64,000 nucleotides of DNA from Mantamonas sphyraenae STR306 (GCA_026936335.1 JAPMXV010000002.1:310001-374000), one strand, 5' to 3'. Shown: positions 37,090-51,480, numbered from the stretch's first letter. Numbers and translations are program-made. Notes: generated from the sequence alone by a model not told the origin.

Positions 37090-37743
37090 TCAAACCTCTT
37101 CGCGGTCAATGCCAATGAGCCAGAAGCAGGAGGCTGCAGCGTCGGGCACCTGGTGAAAGTCTTGGAGTACCGTAGCCATGGTGTGGGGCACGGGGACGAC
37201 GTAGACACGCCTGCCCGAAGGCAGTCGCAGCACTCCCAACGAGTTGCCCTTGCGCAAAAAGGTACCGAGACGGTGTGCGGCGCGGACTCTGTCTGCGTAG
37301 CCGTCGCCGGCTGCAGGGGTCATGAGCATGAGGGAGCGATGACGTGAGAGCATGGGCAGGCATGAATCATCGATGAGGTCGTCCAGGTCCAGCGCTGTGT
37401 TCTTCTTGAGTTCCTGAATGGTGCTTTCTTGCTCGCTGCCGCGGTCGGACTGAACCTTGCCAGCGATCAAAGCCACGGCCGAGCGAGGGCTCTCATTCTT
37501 GGTGTCAAACTCGGCCACTGTGTACACGGAGACCGACATGAGCGACTCTCCGGCGTGATTCACCTGGCCAGACCACACCTGGTTGTCCTCCAGCTTGCCC
37601 GCGGGATTCTTGTTTGCTTTGGGCGGCGTGTTGCCAAACTCGAGCCACGACGGGAGCAGCGGCAGCGGGAAATCGGCGTACATGCTCAAGGCGGACTTGG
37701 ACACTCCCAAAGAGAGAGAGGTGGTGTCGCTGCTGCTGCTCGA

Positions 37744-37783
<40 letters not shown>

Positions 37784-39761
37784 GAGCTGCTTTTTCCTTT
37801 CAGCTGTTTCACAGGTTTGGGTGTGGGTTGGAAGGAGCCGAGAGTAAAGGAGTGCACGCTGGGCATGACGCCGTTGCGCAGAAGCTTGTTGACGTTGGTG
37901 GTTGCGTAGGCGCTCTTGTCGGATGCGTTGACGACCTCTTCGACGTTGTGGCGGTCACAGACACAAAGACCCGTGTCGAGTCGGGACATGGTGCGCGGGA
38001 GACATCGCTCGTAGTTGTGAAAGGCACGCGGACAGCGCACGCACTTTGTGATATGTGCGTCGGATGAGGACATGGACTGCTCCCCACACGTGGTGCACTT
38101 GTGCTGGGGACAGATAAAGAGGCCATCATCGGCTCCGGCCAAGCCGGCGTCGTCCAGCTGGAAGAGGGGACGCAGGTCCTTGGCACACTCGATGTGGTAC
38201 GAACGGTGGCAGTAGCCGTGCCTGCACTTGAGGATCTTGTTGGAGGTCTTGGACGAGGCCGACTGGGTCTTGCCGCAGGCGTAGCAAAGAAGCTTGTTTG
38301 CCTGGCAGTCCTTGCAGAACCACTCGTCCTCTTCGGGCACCTTGTCCAGACCCAAACACTGGACGTGGAAGCTGCGGCCGCAGTTGCCGTCGCAGCAGAG
38401 CACTTGGCCCAGGCGTTCGCACAGGAAGCAATGGTCGTCGTTGATGGCGTCGGGCATGACGTCGGACAAGACCATTTCGGACGATTTGAAACAGTGTTCA
38501 CACACTGTCTTTTTGCCCAGGTGAGAGTTGTGCGTGAGTTCGCGGACTGTGTCCTGGCATGAGCGGCAGTAGGGGGCCACAAAGGGCGGGGGCGAGTTTT
38601 TGAGGTCGCGAAACACAAGGCACAGGGCAAAGTTGCCATGCTGCGAGTCCCTGGCCATGGAGACGACGTCGTGGTGCGCCAGCATGACCCGTCGGCCCTT
38701 GCCTACCAGTTTGCCGTTGACAAACGTGCCGTTGGAGCTGAGGTCGCGCAGCCAAAACTCAAAGTAGTTGCTGCGGCCGCACTCGATGCGGAACTGCTCC
38801 CGCGAGATGCGTCGCAGCTGCTCGGGGTGCCTGATCATCTGTGCGAGTGAGAGTGAAGAGGATGAGGAGGCGGACGACGGTGTGAAGAGAGAGAGCAGGC
38901 GTGTCAGGCAGCCGGGCACACAAAACACGTGGGTGATCATGGTGAAAGGAACACGCGGCTGAGTAAACGTACCCCTTGCAAGCTGTTGCGTCCAAATACG
39001 TACGCCACTCCCTCGATGTGCTTGCATTTGTGTGTGCGCAACTCCTCGCTGAGTTCCTTGCGAAATTGCAGGGAGTTGACCTCGCACTGCCGGGTAGAGT
39101 GGAATGCGCGGGGGTGTCAGCTCAACATTCGCGCTCGTCCACACGTGCGTGGGCGCATGCACACACTCTCTGGCTCCAAATTTGGGGTTGACGTACCATC
39201 AAGCCTCCGGTCTGAAGCTCCAACGAGAAGCCTGGGTCCCGGCGGTGCTTTGCTTCGAGCGAACCGGCCTCCAGCTCGGTCCATCTGCGCGAGTGACAGC
39301 TGTCAGCAAAAACAATGTGGGGCGTGTGTGGCGTGGCGCCAGAGCACGTGGGTACGGTGTGGCGTGGATCATGATGTCCCTCCAGACTGTGCATCGACTT
39401 ACGTGTCCTCGTCGTTTGCTCGTGACGCCTTGAGTGCAGGCTCGTCGTGTGCGGAGCGACCCGACGCAGGTCGCTTCCGTTTCAGGTTGCTGCTCAGCTG
39501 GTACGTGACCGGCCTGTCCTTCTTCTTGATGGCCCAGTACACGCCACATGCATTGCACAGGCGGGTCGGGTTGTCTGTGTTGCTGATGTCCTTGAAACGC
39601 CACACGGTGGTCGAGTGTGTGCCGCAGTTCTCGCAGGTCAACAACTGCTCCTCGCCTTCGTCCGCGCGCGTGGCGTCCACATCGACATTGTCCTGCCTCT
39701 CTTCAGACGAGGAGGATGAAGCTTGCGCAGGCTCGGTGTCCATGCTGGAGCCGTTGGCCAT
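37090..39761 (-). CDS. Chromatin/transcription protein: GATA zinc finger, FHA domain, tandem PHD-like fingers, possible SPOC-like C-terminus (multi-exon)
   Basis: 'CENCGTHSTTVWR...LCNACGVYW' (GATA); 'ISREQF..LRDLSSNGTFVNG' (FHA); 'CFLC..LCCDGNCGRSFHVQC..WFCKDC', 'CPQHKC', 'CVRCPRAFH' (NSD-type PHD cluster). Confidence 0.75.
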
Positions 39762-39812
39762 GGTTTTTCGCTTGGGGCGAGCGGGGGGGCTGCCAAACCA
39801 AACAGACAGATC

Positions 39813-42800
39813 ATGTCGCTCCAGCAGTGGACTCCAAAGTCCGTGTATGGCGTGGCACTGTATCCGTTCCCCGGAAACGGGCCCTACCAGCTCTCGCTCA
39901 ACGTGGGCGATCTCGTGCAGATTGTGGAGGAAAACTCGGGCGGCTGGTACAAAGGCGCACTGTTGGACTTGCAGGCCGAACCCACCGACAAGGTGCCCCG
40001 CGGCATCTTTCCCTCCGCTTACATCCAACTAAAGGAAGGCATGGTGCCCATGAAGGACGAAAAGCTGCAGCTGTAGGTGCCTCTGGGCCGAGTGATGCGC
40101 CCCTCGCGCGGTTTGAGTGTGTGCCGGTCACGCATGCGCCATGATCTAACTCGGACGGTGCGATCCCTGCGTTTATGTGCCATTGCGTGTGTGCGTGTGT
40201 TTGTGTGCATGTGCGTGTACAGCCCGTCCCCAGACTTTGGTGACCCGATTGTAAACGAAATCACTCTGGTCTTGCGGGAGTGGTCTCTCATGCTCAAGAC
40301 GTTCTATGCGTCCAAGCGCTACGCAGAGTTTAAACTGATCAAAGAGCGCATGGCGACGCTTGTGGAACTGCGCAGGGAGCTCATGCGCCAGAACCTGGCG
40401 GAGGTGAGTTGCCAGCAACGCAAAAGCCCTCTTGACGCAGGTCGGCTGACACACAGTTCCCTCGCGCACGCACACGCAACCTTGACGCAACCGCTGAACC
40501 GTACGCACGGCTGACGACTCGTGTGTCACTCCGCACACTCGCACACGCACACACACATTGTGCGTCACCCATCCATGGACGCAGAACGACAAGTTTTCCA
40601 TCAAAACCAAGATTCGTGAAACCATCGAGGATGGACACAGGCTGATGGGGCTTGACGTCATCCCGCGCAACGAAGATGGCGACATTTGTGACGAGCGAAA
40701 CACAGGGATTGTGGAGCTGCACCGCATGGTAGGAGGCGTGCGCAGGTGGCAGCGGAACGCACACAAAAGCACTCGCTCACACACACACCACACGCAGCAC
40801 CGCGACATGGCCAATGGTAACAAGTCGTCGTTGTCTGCCAAAGGGCTGGGAGGAAAAAGGATGGGCCGTGGAAACAAGGGCAAGCAGGCGGTTGGGGGCC
40901 CGTCGTCGAGCAGCGAAGCCTCCTCCTCGTCGTCTTCTTCGTCCTCGGGCACAGGCGGCACTGTGTCCATGAGTGACACGCAGCTGTATCTGGATTTCAA
41001 GACGTGCATGTTGGCGGCGGGAGAGGAGGTGGACTGCAACTTTGCCGTGTACTCACGTACCGAGGCTCGCTTCCTCACCGAGGACTACTGCGTGCAGCTG
41101 AACGGCCTGGGCATGGTTCTGGATTTGCAGAACATGGAGGATATGAAGACGTTCTTTACAGACATCAACCTGCAGCCGCTGCAGTCGGACGACAAGTGGT
41201 TGGTGTGCAGGCTGCACCGCAGGGGCAAACTGGTGTGGGACTACAAAGACATCGGCCCTTCTGTGTCAGCAGGCGCATCGGGCAAGTCCAACCGCGGAGA
41301 CAACGCCGTGTACCGTCGCCCTCTCGGTGTGGCTGCGCTGCAGCTGACGTCGCACGTGCTCGAGGGCGGCAAGGAGCACATCATGCCTATCTACTACACA
41401 AACACAGAGTCGGCCATGGCATCGCTACACCAGTCGCTGGTCAACGGCGGCTCGTTTGAACAGGTGCCAAAGAGCAAGGGACTGTGCGTGTGTGTGGATC
41501 TGCTGCCGGGCACGGTGGACCAGGTGCGCGAGGCGTACCCAGAGACAGCGCGAGCCGTAGTCACCAAGAAGCTGGGCTTCCCAGAGGTGATCCTGCCCGG
41601 CGACGAACGCCACGACCTGTACGTCACGCTGGTGTCCGGTGACTTTCAGCAGGATCGCAAGACGGCGGCCAAGAACGTCGAGGTGCGCCTCAAGGTGCTG
41701 CTGGACGACGGCAGCCAGATTGAAGGATGTATGTACGGAGCAAGCAACCTGCCGGCCATGGACGAGTACCGCTCGGTGGTGTACTACCACCGCAACGAGC
41801 CCACGTTCAACGAGCTCGTGCGTCTCTCGGTGCCCACGGAGGTGTTTGATCGCGCCCACCTCTACTTTACCTTTCATCATTGCTCGTCGTCCGAGTCGAA
41901 AAAGGCGAGCGTGGACAAGCCGTTCTCCATGGCGTTCCTGCCGCTTGTGGATGGCAACACGGGCACGGTGATGCGCGATCAGGTGCACTCGTTGGCGTGC
42001 TACAAAGCAGACGGCAAGGAGGTGTCCAGCAACTACTTGGCCATGCAAGACGGCACAGGTAAGCCGCTGGTGCCGCGCAAGGAGAACCTACGCCTGAACA
42101 CGTTGCTGTGCTCGACACGCATCACTCAGAACGAAACGTTGAATGCCCTACTGCACTGGCAATCGCAAAGCAACCTGTCAGAGGTGCTGAACAAGCTGAC
42201 GTACAGCCAGCAAATCGAAATCGTCAAGTTTCTGCGCGAGATCCTGGATGCGCTGTTTGGCATCATGGAAACGCACGAGGAGTTGGCTGAGCAGGCTGTG
42301 GAGGCGCTCAACTACATCATTGGCCTGCTCGTGGACGACCGCTCAGCCAACTACCACAGTTTCCGCCCTGTGCTCAACGCATACATCGACAACCACTTCA
42401 AGGCGAGCAACGTGCACGTGCCGCTCTTGCAACAGATCTGCACGTACCTAAGCAACCCAGAAGACCTGAGCGCATCGAAGAAGCTGCGTGAGACGCTCAA
42501 GGCGATGGAGTATCTTGTGAAGCTGGCCGTTGCGTCGTGGCGGCTGCACTCGCAAGGGAACCCGGAGGCCGGCAAGGAAGAGATGCACAGCCTGATTGCG
42601 TCGATGATGGCAAAGCTGAACGAACTGATGAGCCGCAGCGCGCCCGATCATGTGATTGGTGCTCAGTCGATCGCGCTGAAGAACTTTATGCGGCTGATGG
42701 AGGACTTGTCGGTTGTGTACACAAACGCGGACCTGGCCGACCTGATTTGCAACTTTATCAACAGCGTGCAGGAGAGTACGAAGCGAGCATTCAACATGGA

Positions 42801-45192
42801 GAAGCTGAACATGGTGCTGCGGGTTGTGCAGAGCGCCGAGTTTGCGGAGGAAGAGGCCCAGCTGGTGATCCTGCCTGTGCTTGTGGAGCACCTGGCAAAG
42901 CACATGGGCTCGTCGGGTCCCGAGCTGGGCGCGTGTGTGGATGTGGTGAGCGAAATCCTGGTGCGCGTGGAAGGAGGCGGCGATGTGGAACACCGTGGCC
43001 AGACGCTGGAGTACCTGACGCCTCTTGTGCCACTGCTGTTGCAAGGTGTGCTGCGGTACGAGGAGCTGCACCGAGGCGAGGCGAGCGATGCGAGCGGCAA
43101 GGAGAGGGAAAGGGAGCGCAGGGCAGAGCTGGTGACGTGCTGGCTGTGCATCATCACGCTGTGTCCACAGGAACAGTTTGTGGAGCAGATGCTGAGGCAA
43201 GAAGACGCGGTGATGATGGAGATGATGGAGATGACGCTTCGCGGATGTCGCAAGATGGTTGAGGAGCGCGCGTTCCCCGACGGATGGATGGTGATGGTGA
43301 TGTTGCAGTTTGAGGTGATTGTCAAGGTGCTGGAGATGTTCAAGAACGTGGTGGTGGAGCGTCTGGAGGGCGAGGAGGAGGTTGGGGCGGGTTTGATCTC
43401 CGAGTACATCCGAGTGTGTACGGCGGTGGTGAGTGATCCAGCGCTGCAGCTGGAAGGATTTTCGTCGGCAAAGAGGAACCAGGTGCACGAGCGATATGGA
43501 GACGTGCGTGTGGTCGCGTTGCTGCTGTTGCAGGCTGTGTGGAACGGACTTGGGGTGCGCCAGCTGGAGTACGAGGCTGTGATGGTCACGGAGACACTGA
43601 AGCTGCTGACCATCGATCAGGTGGACGTGCGAGCGAGCGGTATGGAGCTGTATTACGCGTGTCTGTGCACAGAGTACGACCAGACAGGGAGCCTGGCGGT
43701 GGTGGAGCGACAGACAATCGACATGATCGACACGGTTGTGAAGGACGAAGAGACAGAGGCGGTTTTCCAGGAGCATTTCATCGATGCGCTTGAGGGCCAG
43801 CTGGAGGACAGCAGCGACGCAGAACTGCGCGAAAGGGCGGCAGCGTTCCTGACGGACATCCGTGAGCTGCTGGGTCTGGTGAGCGAGCTGCGCAGCTACG
43901 CAGGGCAGGAGTACGAGGACGAGCGGAGCGCGGCGACGATGAAGCTGATGCAGTACTTGAAGAGCACGGACCGCACAGAGACGTACATCAAGTATGTGCA
44001 CTCGCTGTGTGACATGCACGTCAAGGCAAACAACTACACAGAGGCAGGGTTTGCGCTGCTGCTGCACGCCGAGTTGTGGGAGTGGGAGGCGGACGAGGTG
44101 GCTCCTGCCATTGTGCATTACCCTGCGCAGAGTCAGCTGGAGCGCAAGATGCAGCTGTACGATGAGGCAGTGGACTACTACAACCGAGGCAAGAGCTGGG
44201 AGCTTGCCATTGGTCTGCTGGACGAGCAACGGCGGGTGTGCGAGCACACGATGTTTGACTATGTGCGGCTGGCAGAGATTCTGCGCAAGCAAGCAGAGAT
44301 GTATGTGCAGATTGTGCAGACGGACCGCTTCTACGCGGAGTACTTCCGCGTGGGCTACTACGGACGTGGGTTTCCGGCAGCGTACTCGGGCAAGGAGTAC
44401 GTGTACCGTGGCTTTGAGCTGGAGCGAGTGAGCGAGTTTGTGCAACGGATCCAAGCCAAGTTCCCAGGGGCCAAGGTGCTGCAGAGCAACTCGCCGCCAG
44501 GGGAAGACATCACGGAGAGCGACGGGCAGTATGTGCAGATTGTCAATGTGCAGCCTGTGAGCGAGGAGGAACGTGCCGGCGAGCCGGAACAGGAGGACGA
44601 ACGCCAGCCGGACAGGGTGCGCAAGTTCTACCGCAACAACGGCGTGAAGATTTTCAAGTTTTCGCGGCCGATGCGACGTGGAGAAAAGAGTGCCAACGAG
44701 TTTAAGAACTTGTGGCTTTGCAACACGTACCTGGAGACGGAGACGGCGTTCCCGACAATCCACAGGCGTTCAGAGGTGGTGAAGCGCACAGAGGTGATTT
44801 TGCAGCCGATCGAGTATGCGGTGAAGAGCGTGGCGGACAAGAACGCGGAGCTGGTCAAGACGATTGCGGCGAACGAAAAGGCGAGCGCAGAAGAGTACCA
44901 GAGCTCGTTCACGATGGCGCTGAACGGAGTGATCGACGCGGCGGTGAACGGAGGAGTGTACATGTATCAGGATGCGTTCTTTGGCGAGGACTATGGGGAG
45001 GAGCACCCGGAAAACGCGCATCTGGTGGAGCAGCTGAAGAGCCTCCTGGTGAACCAGCTGGGCATTTTGGAAAAGGGATTGGTGGTGCACGAGCGCCTGT
45101 GTCCCGAGAGTTTGCGTGCGCTGCACGACAAGCTGGAGGAGTTTTTTGGCAAGTTGAAGGGAGACGTGGAGGCGTTTGCGGGCGGCGCGTGA
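39813..45192 (+). CDS. DOCK-family Rac GEF (SH3, C2/DHR-1, DHR-2), multi-exon
   Basis: SH3 'GVALYPF..LSLNVGDLVQI..GWYKG'; 'LGFPEVILPGDERHDLYVTL'; 'YFRVGYYGRGFP'; 'LNGVIDAAVNGG'. Confidence 0.93.
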
Positions 45193-45240
45193 GGAGGTGC
45201 GCCGTGTGAGCCAGATGAAGAAGTGAGGGGTTGAGCAAAC

Positions 45241-45683
45241 ATGTCGCAGCAATACAGAAGTCCATTTGGGATGTATGCTCAGCAGGAGGAGATGAAGATC
45301 AAAGAGCTGGCGGCAAAAGATGCGGGGTTTGCGGAGCAGCTGCGTGTGGACCGGGACGGGGCATTGAAGCGATATTACCAGGCGAAGCGAGGGCGAATAG
45401 CAGCGTATATTTCCAAGCGTGCACAAGACCTGCTGGGGGCGTCGGAGGAGGAAGCAGGGACGCTGGCGCAGGACATGGTTCGGGAGACGATATGACGACA
45501 CGCAGGTCTGTGGGAGGAGTTTATGCCGCGGATGGAGCTGCTGCACGAGCTGATTGGTCAGGCGAGCAAACAGAACGGGCGGAGCCAGCAGGTAAGGGAG
45601 CGGTATCTGGCATTTCTGAATAGGCCGCGGGAGGAGCAAATTCGGCTGCTTGTGGAGAGGGTGAATGTGCGGCAAAAGGCGAT

Positions 45684-45719
<36 letters not shown>

Positions 45720-47519
45720 AGCACAGGGTAGGGTCGTGGGGGACCAGGGAGGCAATCGGAGTGTGGCGAGTGCCAGCGAGATCAAGGCGAGGTACGAGAA
45801 GAACATGCTGCGCTTTGCGGAGATCGTGCAGGCAAACCCAAACAAGAATCCGTTCACGACGGTAGCAGAGTCTGTGCGACGCAAGCCGGCGGAGAAGCGA
45901 ACGAAGAACGATTTGCTTGTGATCAAAGTGGTGGAGCTGCTGAAGACGGGCGATTGGACACGTGTGCAGAAGCCGGAAGAACAGCGGTCTGTGCTGCAGA
46001 CGGTGGGGGCGATCATCAGCCTTTCGCAAACGCACACGGCAATGCAACGTGCTCAACAAGCGAAGCAGGCCCAGTTGGCACAGCAGGTACAAGCGAGCCA
46101 AGGGATGCAATTGAGCGCAGAAGAGGAAGAGCGGCGCAACAAGCGGCGCAAGGTGGAATTCCCTCCACAGCTACGGTCGTTTATGATGTCGAGTGTGTCT
46201 GGGTCGAGCTCGATGGCCCATGGGGAGAAGGAGGGGGCAGGCAAAGGCGGGCGCGTGGAGTTGTCGGTGGAGCTGGAGCGACTTGGGGAAGTTTTGGCAG
46301 AGGGGGAAGGTGTAGATGGCCTGGAGGACGGAGGGTTGGGAAGGAAGCGAAAGAGGATGGGAGAAGTGGCGTCGACGCTGAGGGATTTGCACGTTCGAGC
46401 GATTGCAAGCCGAGGAGGAGCGGGAGAGACGGCAAAGAGGGAAGGCGGAGGGATGGAGGTGGAGAGTGTGTGGCGAGGACAGCATGGCGAACGATGGGTG
46501 GAGGCGCATCGGAAGCCCCATCGGATGTTCTACCCGTCGTACACGGTAAACGACCAAGTGCGCGACGTGGCCGCAGTGTTGTCGAGCGTGGGGGCAAAGA
46601 CGGGCAACAAAGAGGTGGAGGAGAAGATGAAGGAGGTGATGGAGCGACCGAGTGTGAACGGGCAGCTGTGGGGCAGTGGAGAATTGCTGATGAAGTCGCA
46701 GTCGGCGGCGATGGAAGTTGGGATGGGCAGTATGGCGATGCGGAACCTGCGCGGGATGGTGGTGGAGTTGTGTGCGCACGAGCGATTCGAGAAAGGGTGT
46801 GTGCGACGTGGGTCGCGATGGACGCAGATCGAGTTTGTGGAACGTGAGCGAGCGTGCGCTGCGACGTGGCGGCGAGGCGTTTGTGTTGGTGTTGCAACTG
46901 AGCGGGTCGGCGATGCGAAAGCAAAGGTACATGGGAGGCCCAAAGGGAGTTGGGGCGTGGATGAAGATGCGGCTTGCGTTTGTGGAGAACAGCGATGACG
47001 GGCGAGAGCAAGTTGCGGCGCTGGGCAACGTGGTGGATGGAGAGGAGGCGGGCAGCTTGGAGGAGCATGTGCTGCGTGTGGGGCGTGTACAAAGGGCGAT
47101 TCAGGCGATGGACGACCACTGCTCGTTGGTGCCGGATGGGACACACGTGGAGGTGTGTCGTGCGGCAGATGATTTGGTGGGGTTGGGGATGTTGCGGCGG
47201 CAGCATCGGCGTGGGGTGGTTGTGGAGGAGCAGGAGGAGCAGGAGGAGCAGGAGGAAGGTGTGGAGGGTGTGGAGGGAGAGGGGAAGAAGGATGGGGTGC
47301 ACTATTTCAAGTGCTGCAAGGTGGATAGGCTGCAGGGGGCCAAGGTACCGCCGATTTGGATTGCGATTCCGGAGCGGTATCCGGAGCAAGGGGTGGCGGT
47401 GGCGTTTTTCGAATGCGTATTGGATGTCCAGGACGCTTGCGCGTGCGCGAGAGGCGTTTCAGGAGGCGATGGAGGTGGAGGAGCCTACGATTTTGGATGT
47501 GGTGCACTGTTTGGGGTGA
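45241..47519 (+). CDS. Hypothetical Q-rich nuclear protein, possibly Mediator MED15-like; interrupted reading frame
   Basis: Successive ORFs 45241-45495, 45523-46998 and about 46990-47519. C-terminal 'VPPIWIAIPERYP' resembles the MED15 C-terminal 'PPL.L.VP..YP' motif. Confidence 0.4.
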
Positions 47520-47553
47520 AGAGGGGAGGGGAATGGAGGGGTGGTTCAGCTGT

Positions 47554-49312
47554 TTACTGGCTCTCGCACTGTTCCTCGCCTTCGTCATCGTTGTCGGCGC
47601 GGTCGTCGCCGCCAGTCATCTCGTCCATGTACTGGTCGAGGCCGGACATGTCACCAGCCATGAGCATCTGGAGGACCTTGGGGTCTGTGACGTCGATGCC
47701 GAGAGAGGCGAGCTCCTCGGCGGTGAGCTCGTTTGCGTCGTCAATTTCATCGGGGACAAGGGCCTCGCCAGTCATCCAGGAAACGGCGCTGGGCACAAGG
47801 CGGTCCTTAAAGACGGACCCGACAAAGTAGTCGCGCTCGACCATGTCGTTGATGGCCTCGAGCTGCTGCTGGCTCATGCTGCGGTCGACCTCGGGAAAGG
47901 AGAAAAAGTTGAAGAAGCTCTCCTTCTTGACCTTGACGGTCTTGAGGGCACCGCCGCCACGTGCGCCGCGAGAGCGACCGCCGCCGCGGCCGCCGCGTGC
48001 CACGCGCTGCTTCTTCATCTCTGTGGTGAGATCCTTGCCCGGGAGCCACTCGATTTCGTCAGACTCTGTGTGGTCGAGCATGGCCATGGTGAACTGGGCG
48101 TTGGTGTCCATAAAGTAGGTCTTGCGAATGACGGAGTTCTTGAAGAAGGGGTTGGGAGCAAAGTGGAACTCGAGGGCAAAGGAGTCCTTGCCGTCGTAGA
48201 GGTACTCTGCGCGGACGTCCTGCAGATACTGGAGAGCCTCTGCGTCCTCGTCGGTGATGATCTCGTCGACGACCTCGTGGTTGCGCATGGCAGTGAGCCA
48301 GAAAGAGTCGATGCCCTTGGTGGTGCCTGTGGAGGAGGAGGAGGAGGTTTGTTCGGACGAGGCGCCCGCGGTGGCAGCCTCTGCGTCCTTGCCTGCGTCG
48401 GCTGCGTCGGCTGCGTCGGTTTGGACGTCGACGTTGTCTTGCTGGCCATCATCGACGGCGCACTCTTCGTCGGTGGGCTCATACTCGCCCTTGACGATGG
48501 CTGCGCGCTTGTCAAAGAGGGAGGCAACCCGCTTCTGGAACTTCTTGTGCAGCTGGCGGGCCTCTTCCTGGTACTCCTCATACATGGTGTCGTACTGGTC
48601 CTGCAGGTTGTCCAGGGCGTTGATGCGGCGCTTCTGCTCGGCCGGGAGCGAGTCGAGGTAGCCGCTGCTCTGGCCCAGCATGTCGGTGAAGCGTCCCTCC
48701 AGGTCGCTGGCAAGCTCAGCCTTGAGGGCGTCCTTGTTGTTCAGCACAAAGTCTGCGTCGTCTTCGACATCCTCGGCTTCCACTGCGCGGCAAAGCGGGG
48801 GCGGGCGGGCGGGGGGGGTACCCGGAAATCAGCAGCCGAGAGATTTTTTTTTGCATGAGCGACCCGGGTGCGCAGGACGGGCATGTGGGCGCACGAGGCA
48901 GTGTTGGGCGCGGACTTACCTTGCTCTTCTTTGTAACCAGAGAACGGGTTCTTCTTGGTGGTTGTCTTTGCGTCTTCCTGGGCCTGCTGGGCGGGGGACT
49001 TTTTGGCACCTTCGGCAGCGTCCGTGAGTCCCTTCTTCAGCGCCTCTGTGTCGCCGCCCTTGAAGTTGAAGTTGAAGGAAGGGGCCTTGAGGTCTGATGA
49101 GGAAAGGTGACGGACGGCCGCGGGTCAACGGAGTAGGGGGGGAAGGAGGGGGGGTGATGGGGTCTGTGTTAGTGAACAAGAAGGGGGGAGTTGGAAGGCG
49201 ATGGAATGGGGCTCGTGTGATCAGTACCCTTTTTCGGTTCCTCTTCAGAGTTGCTTGCTTCAGAGGTGGTCTTGGGGTCGGTGGTTTCCGTGGGCTTGTC
49301 CTGCTCGCTCAT
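47554..49312 (-). CDS. NAP1: Nucleosome assembly protein 1 (NAP family), multi-exon
   Basis: 'KRRINAL..LQ', 'GEYEPTDEE', 'GIDSFWLTAMRN', 'LEFHFAPNPFFKNSVIRKTY', 'SFFNFFS'. Confidence 0.92.
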
Positions 49313-49480
49313 GGATGTGAATGTGTGGGGTGGGTTGGGGTGGTGGGCGTGGCGAGGGGATTGTGGGGGTGGGTCGGGGTTCAAGAGTGAGTGACAGGAC
49401 ACACAACTGCAAGGGAGAAAATCTTTGGATTGTGTGTGTGGATGAGTGGCTTGGGTGGGGTCCTGGGTGCAGGCAGCAGC

Positions 49481-51423
49481 TCACTCCTCATCTTGCTCTT
49501 CGTCCTCTTCGTCGTCGTCTTCGGCGCCGTCGTTGATGACAACCTGGCCGTCTTCGTCGAGGATGAAGATCCTGTAGCTGAGCTTCTTGCTGGTAAAGTA
49601 GGAGAAGGAGTTGTCAAAGAGAAAGGCGTGTGGACACCGGTGTGTTCGGCGACAAAGGAGCCCGAGATGGGTTCGTTGTACGCGTCGTGGCGCTTGTTCT
49701 CGATGAGGACAATTTCGTCCTGGTTGTCGTTGGAGGAAGAAGAGGCGGCGGCGTCGTCGTCGTCGTCGTCGTCGGCACTGCCGGGTTGGTAGACAAGGCT
49801 GAAGGCAATGTCGTTCTTTTCTGTTTTAAACTCGTAGCCGCAGGTGGTGCCGGCGGTGATGTTGACCTTGTGCTCGTAGATGGAACGAGAGTCGACGGTG
49901 GCCTCGATGAAGGACTCCGGGTCGTTTTCCATCTGGAACTGGGCAGCCTGCTCCGGGGTGATGAAAAAGGGGCTCTCCTCAAAGACAATGGCCATAAAGT
50001 CGAGGTACTCCTTCATGGAGAGCTGATAGAGCTGAACATAGTCGTGCGCCTGCGTGAGAAGGGCGAGGAGGGTGAGGTCTGCGTCGGCTGGCTTGTCGGA
50101 GCACTGGTCGTCGGCGTCGTCGATGGCAAGATGTGCAATAAGGCCCGCGGCGTAGCGGAGGACAAGGTGGACGCGGTTGGAGTACTCTGTGAGGACATAG
50201 GCGTTGGGGCCGTACGTGAGGCGAGTCTCTTCGAGCGGGCCGACGTCGTCGTTGATGGTCTTGACAAAGTCGAGGAGAACCTGGGGCACGCCTGCAGCGA
50301 GCTTGATGATCATCTTGAACATGCCCGAGGCGTTGCCAAGCTGGACGAGCTGCTCGCGTCGGTCGAGCTGTTGCTCCCACAGCTTGTTGTATTTGTCTTC
50401 GATGGAACCGCCAGCGTCGACAATGGCGTCGATCTCGGCCTTCTTCCTGGCCTCGCCCTTGGCACGTTGGCTGGCGAGCATCTTGGAGCGAAAGTCGTTG
50501 GGCAGAAAGAGCTGGACCATGTTTTGTACACGTTCGACGTTGCCTTCTTGCCAGGCGGCAATGTCGTCGTAGGCCTGCTGGGCGAGCTCGGTAATGGAGG
50601 TACAGGCGTCGATGAGGGCATCCACGGAAGCTGAATCGATGTTTCGGTCCTTTGCAGTTGACTGTGTGGGGGCGATGGGAGGCGGCAGGCGGTTGGTTGT
50701 GAGTGGGGGGAGGCGAGACGGGGAGTGTGTAAAATGGCCAGTGAAAAGGTGCAGCGGGACAACAGCAGCACCAAGGGACGGGACACAGACCTTGATGGTG
50801 TCCTGGACCTGGTCGTTCACGTGGAGCATGATCTCTTCGCACTGTTCTCGGTTGCGCCAGAGGTTCTCGTCGATCTTGTTGGGGTGTTGGCGACGTTTAG
50901 AGACGAGGGCGCCTGCAACGTCGGCTGAAGGGTGGAATGGGCGGGTTGGGGGGGGGTGAGCACAGGGGTTGCATGGGTGGACAACGAGGTCAGAGAGGAG
51001 GGAGAGATGGGAGACACACCTTGGCATGCGTCTGCGTGCGCTTCAAGCCTGTCGAGAAGAGCGTCCATAGCCTCTGCGTTTGCGTTGAGCTTTGGGTTGG
51101 GAGGGTCGATTGGATAGTCCTTGTACCAGTTGCTGGGTGAGAGTGGAGGGTTTGAAGGGTGGGTCGGGGAAAGAGTGAGACCAGGGGAAAGGCAGGTGTG
51201 AGTGGGGGAGGGTGGGGTGGGATGGGGACCGAAGGGGGGTTGGGGGGGGTGGAAAAAGGAGGGGCGATGCTGACGAACCGAAGAAACTCGCGGGTGATGG
51301 GCACCTGCTGGTCTGTCGAGGACCTGGGGAGGTTGGGGGAGAGGAGGAGGGGGAAGGAGAACATGAGGGTGAGCTGTGGGGAAAGGAAGGAGGGGAGGAT
51401 GGGTGGAAAAGGAGGACGAACAT
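49481..51423 (-). CDS. GOLD-domain protein resembling a conserved plant family; multi-exon, apparent frameshift near 49625
   Basis: 'VPITREFL..WYKDYP', 'WEQQLDRREQLVQLG...GVPQVLLDFVKTINDD.GP.EE.R..YGP'; the C-terminal GOLD domain continues in another frame as 'FDNSFSYFTSKKLSYRI'. Confidence 0.7.
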
Positions 51424-51480
51424 GGAAAGGTGGGGGCGAGCTTGTTGCGCCGGAGCAGGCACGCAAAAAACCAAATCACC

